This document shows positions 7,501-12,434 of a stretch of 16,204 bases of DNA, one piece after another (position 1 is the stretch's first letter; every line of letters starts with the position of its first letter). The notes beneath the pieces were generated by a model. The model ran no database searches, was not told where the DNA came from, and saw only the letters and a program-made list of their open reading frames with translations. Origin of the DNA: Breznakia sp. PF5-3 (lineage in GTDB: Bacteria; Bacillota_I; Bacilli_A; Erysipelotrichales; Erysipelotrichaceae). The translations under genes were made by a program, and so were the position numbers. The stretch covers positions 1 through 16,204 of the forward strand of contig NZ_JAQFIQ010000051.1 in assembly GCF_029504745.1 (NCBI RefSeq), written 5' to 3'.

Positions 7501-8339
7501 CAATGCAAGCAGCGATTGTGAAGATTACAGATGCTTCACAAAAACTATGGGATATCGTAGACAAAACAGAGCTTAACGATATGATTACAATTGCGAACAA
7601 GTACACTTCTGAAGGTTATACAGAAGAGAGCTGGGAAGCATTGGATACAGCATTGAAAGCAGCAAAAACAGTTGCTGCTAATGATGATGCAACAACAGCT
7701 GAAGTAGCAAAAGCTTATAAAGACTTAGTAGATGCAATCAGTGGCTTAGAAAAAGAAATTGTTCTAGATAAAGAAGCGTTGATTAGAGAAATTGCAACGG
7801 TTGAAAACATGATTAAGAACATTAGTAAATATGTTCCATCATCAGTTAAAGGCTTGCCAAATGCTCTAACAGCAGCTAAGAATGCATTGGAAAATGCTAC
7901 AACGCAAAAAGAAATTGACGATGCTACAAAAGCATTGACTAGAGAAAAATTGAAAGCTAGATTAAAACCAGATACAGCTGCACTTAGAAGTTTAGTAGCG
8001 AAAGCAGATGGTATTAAACTAGATGGATATTCAGCATCAAGTTCAAGTAAATTCGCAAATGCATTAGCGAATGCGAAACAAGTATTAGCGAATGAAGAAG
8101 CAACAGCTGAAGAAATTGAAACTGTTGTTAAAGGCTTGAAGAAAGCGATGAATGACCTTGAAAAGGCAAAACCTTCAACAGCTCCTAATGGAACTGGTGG
8201 TAGTGGAAAAGCTGCTACTGCAGGAGGTAGTGTGAATTCAGGAGATTCAACTGACTTGAATGCATTGTTATTTATGATGATGGTAGCGGGTGCTGTTCTT
8301 CTTAAAACCGCAAAAAAGAGAAGACAGATTGAGGAATAG
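1437..8339 (+). CDS. Giant multimodular cell-surface glycoside hydrolase, family 31-like (alpha-glycosidase, specificity unresolved)
   Basis: Single 6.9-kb ORF. The preferred start is ATG 1437 (AAGGA 7 nt upstream, and it yields a classic signal peptide); the track start at ATG 1407 has no SD. GH31 hallmarks are SVKTDVAW (KTD nucleophile motif, Asp codon 2739-2741) and QRYGGIWSGDQSG...GSDMDGIFGG (acid/base Asp codon 2892-2894). Confidence 0.85.
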   Translation: MKKALKRLKLLSLAAAMTLPILATAQTPVYADEIGVQSVDADGYNVLGSVLSASKDGNKVELTISTGEKIRFTFLESSVFRMYMAPQGEAFKEYPDANSAEHTATITAKTDAQYTAEYNVNPTLVEEDSKIIISTDKMIIEIDKDTSMMTLMKSDRTIIWEESAPLKYKSGSTVQTLKTNKNEYFYGGGTQNGRFSHKGKAIEIVNTNNWVDKGVASPNPFYWSTNGYGVVRNTWKAGNYDFDSKAEGVVKTTHREKRFDAYYFVDDAPVDILGDYYELTGNPAELPEYASYLGHLNCYNRDYWTEVSEGTSGAIKLGSKWYKESQTDNGGTKETLLGDNDMTAQQIIEDHKDNDMPLGWFLPNDGYGCGYGQTTSQAGDIENLKNFADYAKANGVETGLWTQSNLWPADPSNPQKGERDIYKEVEAGVHSVKTDVAWVGSGYSMALNGISVAYDAIASKSGLKPNIVTLDGWAGTQRYGGIWSGDQSGGQWEYIRFHIPTYIGTSLSGQPNIGSDMDGIFGGKNKVVHTRDFQWKAFTTYMLDMDGWGSNQKSPWALGEDGTSINRAYLKLKAQLMPYVNTTSHEATARGGLPMIRAMFLEEANAYTLGTATEYQYMWGDNFLVAPIYQNTNADSTGNDIRNDIYLPGTSDVWIDYFTGEHYRGGQVLNSFNAPLWKLPVFVKNGSIIPMYPENNNPDAVTETNKDGLDRSQRIVEFYPHGDTEFELYEDDGLTLGGASATTVITSKVDGEKATLTADKAIGSYTGMVKERSNEFIVNVSQKPTNVTGKVAGESVNFTEVTTQKEYDEATGNVYFYNENPDIFVKQFATEGTTYANTTETTRPKLYVKSAEKVDVTAHKFEVVVDGFKNEQDLGKDELNEALAVPTGLVEVSKTDAEINIAWDAVTEAATYDVEVDGQLYRNVANPAYTHTGLKYLTDHTYRVRSVNHDGFSNWSELITIQTADNPYRNVPENIKAKWDYGYYSSDKIEKAFDHDRNTMFHSASAVTPDKMVEIDLGAAYQLDKLDYVPRENKSNGAVYRMDVYASLDGVNYTKVWDGNANPAWSYDRNDLEGWQTKTVPLTGLKARYLKLSCLSSYGGFFSAAEITPYKVEGTDAWVVGDVTNNNVVDENDLTFYENYVGLKPVDADWNYSTLGNIDNNDIIDAYDISFVARMLGDPIATAAKGVEGKVQIIPSKTNIEAGDLVTLDFYGIGLKNVNAFSMEMPVDMNQFEVVNFGSPSTKTVFMRNFSKTRFHSDGTTDNYVCFTNVGNQELISGTGSIAKVTIRATRDFTWDTKATRALLVGQDLSTADALIDSTQIPEAPKTEYILQQKDISAISFDNAVKQNMDGSELWQQDGWKTLLFDGDRNGDLAEFKWYFEANDVAAEVMLPTDMNFTFNKSEPLKSVKVYNRSSSNGRVTSIKAVGYDGETKYDLGTINTAQNIYEFKIPAAASKIDKVVIIPLTSVGTAKGTKTGTEENRMLSLHEIEFITDSKVDATGIKFDTTSDSKVFVGGMGEVSATVSPSNVSNPFYNITSSDEAIAKVVKIPMNDKYAFVVQGVSAGTVTLTATSEDGNLTDTFDVTVVDGIDTAVLDEEIAKAEALYENLYTAKTWADMSAVLEDAKLLSAEPTSQTDVDAMTTKLITIVKELKFKGSNTEQESSLNLIDRSDMTLFHETSYSAAELEHGDRVLDGDINTIWHSNYGSSYKLPQWIVIDLGKEYDLEQIDMLARQSSRNGHITHYRIEVSTTSLEGISDPTINDLEFVPVVEGYLDNDGSSLEAPSVAKEIKFDTTKARYVKFMAIESLGDRANAYASIAELNFYGLETSSFEDLQAAIEAVEALFDKEDNYTTSSWNELMDAYDAASAVEDTATPSEINDALLALEVAQAKLTTRASDFVLDKLVELVSECEALEDLYTEAEFADMKALLDEVNELLENDPKDIPSADAIKATIDLLAAKETLQAGADVNTVMESLKLHIEIANEMLAEDLSGVRPGRVKALQDAVDEAQALVDASSTDVAAMQAAIVKITDASQKLWDIVDKTELNDMITIANKYTSEGYTEESWEALDTALKAAKTVAANDDATTAEVAKAYKDLVDAISGLEKEIVLDKEALIREIATVENMIKNISKYVPSSVKGLPNALTAAKNALENATTQKEIDDATKALTREKLKARLKPDTAALRSLVAKADGIKLDGYSASSSSKFANALANAKQVLANEEATAEEIETVVKGLKKAMNDLEKAKPSTAPNGTGGSGKAATAGGSVNSGDSTDLNALLFMMMVAGAVLLKTAKKRRQIEE
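1530..4080 (+). other. GH31 catalytic region with flanking beta-sandwich domains
   Basis: KTD and WSGD motifs spaced 51 aa apart. The downstream pattern (FQWKAFTTYM, PMIRAMFLE, MWGDNFLVAPIY, LPVFVKNGSIIP) is typical of the distal part of the GH31 barrel and the proximal C-domain. Confidence 0.7.
4089..4325 (+). other. Fibronectin type III module
   Basis: VPTGLVEVSKTDAEINIAWDAV..ATYDVEVDG...YTHTGLKYLTDHTYRVRSVNHDGFSNWS fits the FN3 W/Y/L/Y-core pattern. Confidence 0.7.
4356..4769 (+). other. F5/8 type C (discoidin, CBM32-like) module 1
   Basis: AFDHDRNTMFHS...VEIDLG..YQLDKLDYVPRE..NGAVYRMDVYAS.DG..YTKV...ARYLKL....GGFFSAAEI matches the discoidin-domain pattern. Confidence 0.7.
4797..4964 (+). 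other. Dockerin module (duplicated F-hand calcium-binding segments)
   Basis: Segment 1 is DVTNNNVVDENDL and segment 2 is NIDNNDIIDAYDI. Both fit the Ca-ligand positions 1,3,5,9,12 (D/N-x-D/N/T-x-N-x-x-x-D-x-x-D), each is followed by a helix, and they are joined by a ~10-aa linker. Confidence 0.7.
5004..5390 (+). other. Cohesin-like beta-sandwich module
   Basis: KVQIIPSKTNIEAGDLVTLDFYGIGLKNVNAFSMEMPVD.NQFEVV...GSIAKVTIRA resembles the cohesin pattern (V.I.....v..Gd.v.v.v.....v.a..f.l.yD...l.....G.ia.i.f). Assigned by pattern only. Confidence 0.45.
5442..5912 (+). other. Divergent galactose-binding-domain-like (discoidin-type) module
   Basis: LLFDGDRNG...VKVYNRSSSNGRVTSIKAVGYDG......RMLSLHEIEFI has the same skeleton as F5/8-C modules but is more divergent. 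Confidence 0.45.
5931..6197 (+). other. Bacterial Ig-like group 2 (Big_2) module
   Basis: ATGIKFD....V.VGG...VSATVSP.N..N..YNITSSDEAIAKV......V.GVSAGTVTLTATSEDGN.TDTFDVTVV. Confidence 0.65.
6435..6911 (+). other. F5/8 type C (CBM32-like) module 2
   Basis: VLDGDINTIWHSNY....LPQWIVIDLGKEYDLEQIDMLARQ...NGHITHYRIEVS......ARYVKFMAIESLGD...YASIAELNFYG is close to textbook for a discoidin/CBM32 domain. Confidence 0.8.
6916..8165 (+). repeat. Array of about six FIVAR-like helical stalk modules (plus an isolated one at about 6205-6400)
   Basis: Repeated ~65-70 aa helical units with a conserved aromatic-T..SW..L..A...A..V.......T.AEV..A...L..A...L pattern. Confidence 0.7.
8169..8336 (+). other. C-terminal anchor: Gly/Ser/Thr/Ala-rich linker, hydrophobic helix (8256-8303) and basic tail KTAKKRR
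   Basis: KPSTAPNGTGGSGKAATAGGSVNSGDSTDLNALLFMMMVAGAVLLKTAKKRRQIEE is laid out like a sortase sorting signal, but no LPXTG is present. Confidence 0.6.
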
Positions 8340-8373
8340 AATTTGCTATGTTGGTTATGATAATTAACTGACT

Positions 8374-8406
8374 AAAAAGGTGATATCTTCGGATATTACC
8401 TTTTTT
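8374..8406 (+). terminator. Rho-independent terminator of the GH31 gene
   Basis: GGTGATATC (8379-8387) pairs with GATATTACC (8392-8400) with one G-U pair, around a TTCG tetraloop. It is flanked by A5 upstream and T6 downstream. Confidence 0.85.
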
Positions 8407-8471
8407 CATAAAATATTCTTTTGATTGGAAGCGCTTAATGAGTGAAATAAAGTAAATTATTCTAGTTTTTA

Positions 8472-8500
8472 TTGAGTTTATGAAACTTTTCACATATAAT
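8472..8500 (+). promoter_or_regulatory. Sigma-A type promoter for the UPF0237/UPF0210 operon
   Basis: -35 TTGAGT (8472-8477), exactly 17 nt of spacer, and -10 TATAAT (8495-8500). The SD AAGGAGGA (8518-8525) lies 6 nt before ATG 8532. Confidence 0.65.
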
Positions 8501-8531
8501 GATAAAAATAATGTTATAAGGAGGATCACAG

Positions 8532-8801
8532 ATGAGAGCAGTTGTAAGTGTAATTGGTAAAGATGGTGTTGGTATTATGGCCAATGTAAGTAAAAAATGT
8601 GCTGAAGTTGATGCGAATATCGTGGATGTGAGCCAAACAATCATGCAAGAAATGTTTTGTATGGTGATGTTAGTAGAAATTGATAAATTAAAGGTAGAAT
8701 ATACATCTTTTGTCGATGTGATGGAAAAGTATGGAAAAGAATTAGGACTTACAATTCATGTGATGCATGAAGATATCTTTAAGTCTATGCATACGATTTA
8801 A
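8532..8801 (+). CDS. ACT domain-containing protein, UPF0237 family
   Basis: 89 aa. MRAVVSVIGKDGVGIMANVS....E.DANI.DVSQTIMQ..F.M.MLV is the typical UPF0237 ACT fold signature. It has a strong SD and sits immediately upstream of its usual UPF0210 partner. Confidence 0.85.
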   Translation: MRAVVSVIGKDGVGIMANVSKKCAEVDANIVDVSQTIMQEMFCMVMLVEIDKLKVEYTSFVDVMEKYGKELGLTIHVMHEDIFKSMHTI

Positions 8802-8813
8802 GGTGGTATTTTT

Positions 8814-10172
8814 ATGTTAAATGTAAATAATATATTAGAAACGATTAAAATGATCGATGAAGAGGATTTAGATGTTAGAACAATCACGATGGGTATATCA
8901 CTTCTTGATTGTGCAGATAGTGATATTGATAAATCCTGTGAGAAAATTTATAACAAGATTACTGAAAAAGCGAAACACCTAGTAGCTGTTGGTGAGCAAA
9001 TTGAAAAAGAATATGGAATTCCTATCATCAATAAGCGGATTTCAGTAACACCGATTTCAATGCTGGTAGCAGTTAGTGGTGGAGATCCAGTGAAATATGC
9101 ACATACATTGGAAAAGTGTGCACAAGCAGTTGGTGTAAATTTCATTGGTGGCTTTTCAGCATTGGTTCAAAAAGGTTGTGCAGCAGGAGATCGTGAGTTG
9201 ATGGAAGCAATTCCTAGAGCTTTGGCAGAAACGGAGCATGTTTGTGCATCTGTAAATGTTGGTTCTACGAAAGCAGGAATCAATATGAATGCTGTCGAAC
9301 TTATGGGTCGTGTTGTGAAAGAAGCGGCGGAACTTACCAAAGATCGTAACTGTATCGGTGCAGCGAAGCTAGTTGTTTTCTGTAATGCACCAGAGGATAA
9401 TCCATTTATGGCAGGAGCTTTTCATGGGATTGGTGAACCGGATTGTGTGCTCCATGTTGGTGTATCTGGTCCAGGAGTAGTTCGTGCAGCGCTAGCTAAA
9501 GCACCAAAAGATTTACCAATGGATCAAATAGCAGATATTATTAAGAAAACAGCATTTAAGATAACGAGAATGGGGCAGATGGTTGGTGCTATCGCTTCAC
9601 AGCGGTTAAACGTACCTTTTGGTATTGTGGATCTATCTTTGGCTCCAACGCCTGCTGTAGGTGATTCTGTGGCTTATATACTGGAAGAAATGGGTCTTGA
9701 TTCTTGTGGGGCATATGGTACAACAGCGTGCTTAGCAATGTTGAATGATGCAGTAAAAAAAGGTGGCGTTATGGCGAGCAGTAGTGTTGGTGGTTTGTCT
9801 GGAGCATTTATTCCTGTATCGGAAGATGCTGGTATGATTGCAGCAGTACGTAATGGTACTCTATCACTTGAAAAATTAGAAGCTATGACAGCGGTTTGTT
9901 CAGTTGGGTTGGATATGGTTGTGTTACCAGGTGATACAACAGCGGATGTAATTTCTGGAATCATTGCTGATGAAGCAGCAATTGGAATGGTAAATTCAAA
10001 AACAACTGCAGTTCGTGCAATTCCAGCAATTGGTAAAAAAGTAGGAGATGAATTAGAGTTTGGTGGGCTATTGGGTAGCGGTCCAGTTATGAACATCAAT
10101 CAAACATCATGTAATGTGATGATACAACGAAAAGGTAAAATCCCTGCACCAATTCAAAGTTTAAAAAATTAA
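8814..10172 (+). CDS. UPF0210 family protein (DUF711, PFL-like uncharacterised protein)
   Basis: 452 aa. The N-terminus [27 protein letters not shown] is the characteristic UPF0210 start. The SD AAGGTGG lies 6 nt before the ATG. Pairing with UPF0237 is conserved across Firmicutes. Confidence 0.85.
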   Translation: MLNVNNILETIKMIDEEDLDVRTITMGISLLDCADSDIDKSCEKIYNKITEKAKHLVAVGEQIEKEYGIPIINKRISVTPISMLVAVSGGDPVKYAHTLEKCAQAVGVNFIGGFSALVQKGCAAGDRELMEAIPRALAETEHVCASVNVGSTKAGINMNAVELMGRVVKEAAELTKDRNCIGAAKLVVFCNAPEDNPFMAGAFHGIGEPDCVLHVGVSGPGVVRAALAKAPKDLPMDQIADIIKKTAFKITRMGQMVGAIASQRLNVPFGIVDLSLAPTPAVGDSVAYILEEMGLDSCGAYGTTACLAMLNDAVKKGGVMASSSVGGLSGAFIPVSEDAGMIAAVRNGTLSLEKLEAMTAVCSVGLDMVVLPGDTTADVISGIIADEAAIGMVNSKTTAVRAIPAIGKKVGDELEFGGLLGSGPVMNINQTSCNVMIQRKGKIPAPIQSLKN

Positions 10173-10204
10173 GATTGATATAATCAAAATAAATATAATA
10201 GAAA

Positions 10205-10231
10205 GACATCAAAATTTTTGGTGTTTTTTTG
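10205..10231 (+). terminator. Weak AT-rich intrinsic terminator candidate after the UPF0210 gene
   Basis: ACATCAA (10206-10212) pairs with TTGGTGT (10218-10224): 7 bp including one G-U and only 2 G-C pairs. A T6 run then GTTT follows. It is probably leaky. Confidence 0.4.
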
Positions 10232-10336
10232 TTTATAATTATGCGAAAGTAAAAAATTTCATTTTTTTTGAAACCTTTTTGGTGAAAACTGTGTCTAAGT
10301 ATATTAGTAGAGTGTAGAAACTATAGAGGAGGAAAT

Positions 10337-10726
10337 ATGGATTCAAAGAAAATTTTATTATTTGGAAAAGTTATTAATGTATTATTGGTGGTGACATCAT
10401 TGTTGGTTTTTGCTTTTTGGTCAATATGGGGAGGCGATTCATATTACATGACATATGAGACGTATCGAATGTTAGAGACATCGATAACGGTGTATCGTGT
10501 CGTCGCTATTTTATTATTGGCTGCAAGTGCATTTTTATTTGTTAAAGGAAGAAAACAAGTATCTGGATTAGAGTTTTTAGTTGCTGCTTCAGGAGCAATG
10601 GTAATTATGTCAATGATGAAAATTGTATTAGGAATATTAATCTGGATTTTAGCTGGTATTGCTATGCGTAAAATGACAGAATCAAATGTAGAGAGTGATT
10701 TTAGCTCTAAACTTGAAGGAAATTAA
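10337..10726 (+). CDS. Hypothetical small integral membrane protein (129 aa, about 4 TM)
   Basis: Strong SD AGAGGAGG before the ATG. Hydrophobic segments lie at about aa 6-31, 49-69, 77-94 and 95-110. No recognisable family motif. Confidence 0.7.
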   Translation: MDSKKILLFGKVINVLLVVTSLLVFAFWSIWGGDSYYMTYETYRMLETSITVYRVVAILLLAASAFLFVKGRKQVSGLEFLVAASGAMVIMSMMKIVLGILIWILAGIAMRKMTESNVESDFSSKLEGN

Positions 10727-11163
10727 TGATTAGGTCAAAATACAATAAAAAGAATTTATCATTTATAAAAAAGATTCCTTACATATATTTAGTATTGAGT
10801 GTTATGCGATTAGCCTTATTACTTACTATCCATGATATTCATAATTTATACTATTATGAGGAAACTTTATATAAATTACTACTATTTGGAGTGGGCGGTT
10901 TTTTATTGTTTATTGTTTCTATGATTGTTTTAGAAAAAATAGCAGTAAATTATTATTCAGATATCAAAGAAAAAGAAGGATCAAAGTCAGCGGTTATCTT
11001 ATTGATTATTTCAATTATTGATGTTATATCAAGTGCGGTGATGTTGTTTGCAATTATGATTCTATTTGAATATCAACTTCTTGTATTGAATTTTCAAATT
11101 ATTGAAGTACTCTTACTTATTGTATATCTAATGAAGAAAAAGAAGGGAGTAAGTTATGAATAA
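10726..11163 (+). CDS. Hypothetical small integral membrane protein (145 aa, about 4 TM)
   Basis: The start overlaps the upstream stop (TAATG, 10724-10728). SD GAAGGA lies 5 nt upstream. Hydrophobic segments lie at about aa 17-35, 49-69, 88-114 and 116-135. No recognisable family motif. Confidence 0.65.
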   Translation: MIRSKYNKKNLSFIKKIPYIYLVLSVMRLALLLTIHDIHNLYYYEETLYKLLLFGVGGFLLFIVSMIVLEKIAVNYYSDIKEKEGSKSAVILLIISIIDVISSAVMLFAIMILFEYQLLVLNFQIIEVLLLIVYLMKKKKGVSYE

Positions 11164-11707
11164 AGAAGTAACTTCTTGTGTTGAGATAGAAACAAATCTT
11201 GAAAATACATCCATTGCGATGAATGGATTATTAAACTTAGATGACAATGTTAATAAAGTAGTAACGCAATATGATTTGAATGTTAAAGAAGATAAACTAA
11301 TAAAAAAGACAAAGGAACCCAATTTAAAGTATTTTTATAAAACTATTACAGGAATAAACCTTCGGTTATCTAGTATGTCTGAGACAGAAACAAAATTAGA
11401 TTATGTTTTGCTTTATAATGCAAAACGTCAAATTATTATAGTGGGAATTTATACAGTAATCGTTATGTTGGCGTTTGCATTGCCTTTTTTTCTTTTATTT
11501 ATTGAGAAACCAATGGCAATACAAGATAGTCAGCTTGATATGATATGGATATTGCTTTTAATTTCTTTTATGTTACTTTTGGTGCCAATTTGGGCAATTG
11601 TTTTATTCCAAAATCGAAAAAAATATAAAGATAGGCTTTTTCATAAATTTTTTCTACCACGTTTAGAGAAATATATTGAAATTGTTGAAGGGCATAAAAA
11701 AGCATAA
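11156..11707 (+). CDS. Hypothetical membrane protein (183 aa: ~100-aa soluble N-domain, 2 TM, basic amphipathic C-tail)
   Basis: 8-nt overlap with the upstream ORF. SD GGGAG lies 6 nt upstream. TM segments lie at about aa 102-125 and 137-160. No recognisable family motif. Confidence 0.65.
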   Translation: MNKEVTSCVEIETNLENTSIAMNGLLNLDDNVNKVVTQYDLNVKEDKLIKKTKEPNLKYFYKTITGINLRLSSMSETETKLDYVLLYNAKRQIIIVGIYTVIVMLAFALPFFLLFIEKPMAIQDSQLDMIWILLLISFMLLLVPIWAIVLFQNRKKYKDRLFHKFFLPRLEKYIEIVEGHKKA

Positions 11708-11735
11708 GTACTATAGAAATTTAAATTTCTAACAA

Positions 11736-11772
11736 AAGGACATTAAAAATTTGGTTTTAATGTCTTTTTTTT
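11736..11772 (+). terminator. Rho-independent terminator of the membrane-protein trio
   Basis: GACATTAAAA (11739-11748) pairs perfectly with TTTTAATGTC (11755-11764) around a 6-nt loop, followed by a T8 run. Confidence 0.8.
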
Positions 11773-11786
11773 GTGGAAAAACAAAA

Positions 11787-11800
11787 TGAAAACGCTTTCA
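11787..11800. promoter_or_regulatory. cre (CcpA-type catabolite responsive element) candidate
   Basis: TGAAAACGCTTTCA matches all 14 positions of TGWAANCGNTNWCA and is a near-perfect palindrome. It lies in the hydrogenase upstream region. Confidence 0.55.
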
Positions 11801-11875
11801 ATTTTGACGTTTGAATAAATAGAAAAATAAGGGTGAATAATGGAAAAAATACTAGTAAATAAAAGGCATTTATAC

Positions 11876-11901
11876 TATAATGTTAGGTGGAAGCGCATAC
11901 A
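11876..11901 (+). promoter_or_regulatory. Candidate -10 box (TATAAT 11876-11881) with an overlapping cre-like operator TGGAAGCGCATACA (11888-11901)
   Basis: The -10 is perfect, but the -35 at 17-nt spacing is weak (TAGTAA). The operator matches 12 of 14 cre positions. The architecture is the same as upstream of the GH31 gene. Confidence 0.4.
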
Positions 11902-11924
11902 GGTTTTTATTAGGAGGATCGCAT

Positions 11925-12425
11925 ATGTCAGATAAAAAAACCCCTTTTTCAGGGTCGCCTGAACAAGAAAAAAAATTAATGAAAGTGATAGAAGACCATA
12001 AGGATCAACGCGGTGGGTTGATGCCTGTTTTACAAGGTGCTCAAGAAATTTATGGATATCTACCACTTGAAGTACAAAAGATGGTAGCAATGGGTCTAGG
12101 TATTTCTTTATCAGAAGTATATGGTGTTGTTACTTTTTATTCGCAATTTTCACTTGAACCTAAGGGAAAATTCAAAGTAAGTGTTTGTCTAGGAACAGCT
12201 TGTTATGTTAAAGGAGCAGACAAGGTGTTGGAAGAAGTAGAGAATATTTTAGAAATCAAAGCTGGTGAATGTACAGAAAATGGTTTATTTTCAATAGATG
12301 CTACAAGATGTGTTGGTGCATGTGGTTTGGCACCTGTTATGCTTGTGAATGAAGATGTATATGGAAAAGTAACAACTGAAGAAGTTGCAGGAATACTTAA
12401 GAAATATACGGATATGGAAGCGTAG
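11925..12425 (+). CDS. hydC: [FeFe]-hydrogenase NuoE-like [2Fe-2S] subunit (HydC/HndA type)
   Basis: Thioredoxin-like 2Fe-2S motif CLGTACYVKGA ... CVGACGLAPV. Preferred start is ATG 11925, preceded by TAGGAGGA; the track start 11880 lies on the promoter and has no SD. Confidence 0.85.
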   Translation: MSDKKTPFSGSPEQEKKLMKVIEDHKDQRGGLMPVLQGAQEIYGYLPLEVQKMVAMGLGISLSEVYGVVTFYSQFSLEPKGKFKVSVCLGTACYVKGADKVLEEVENILEIKAGECTENGLFSIDATRCVGACGLAPVMLVNEDVYGKVTTEEVAGILKKYTDMEA

Positions 12426-12434
12426 GTGGACAAA

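Noticed and set aside
8302-8644. Minus-strand ORFs 8302-8529 and 8462-8644, which span the intergenic region upstream of the ACT gene
   Set aside because: They run through a + strand terminator and promoter and into the ACT gene antisense. The sequences are low-complexity I/L/F/K-rich, with no SD.
10234-10307. Promoter candidates for the membrane trio: TATAAT at 10234-10239, TTGAAA at 10268-10273, TATATT at 10300-10305
   Set aside because: No pair has acceptable 16-18 nt spacing between the -35 and -10. TATAAT 10234 has no -35, TTGAAA has no -10 partner, and TATATT pairs only with TTGGTG at 15 nt. None is reported as a feature; transcript mapping is required.
11840-11935. 31-codon upstream ORF (MEKILVNKRHLYYNVRWKRIQVFIRRIAYVR) with a GGGTGA SD-like element, overlapping the hydC start; considered as a leader peptide
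   Set aside because: It begins upstream of the best -10 box (11876-11881), so it is probably not on the main transcript. The SD spacing is only about 3 nt. The peptide has no attenuator-like codon run or paired terminator/antiterminator structure.
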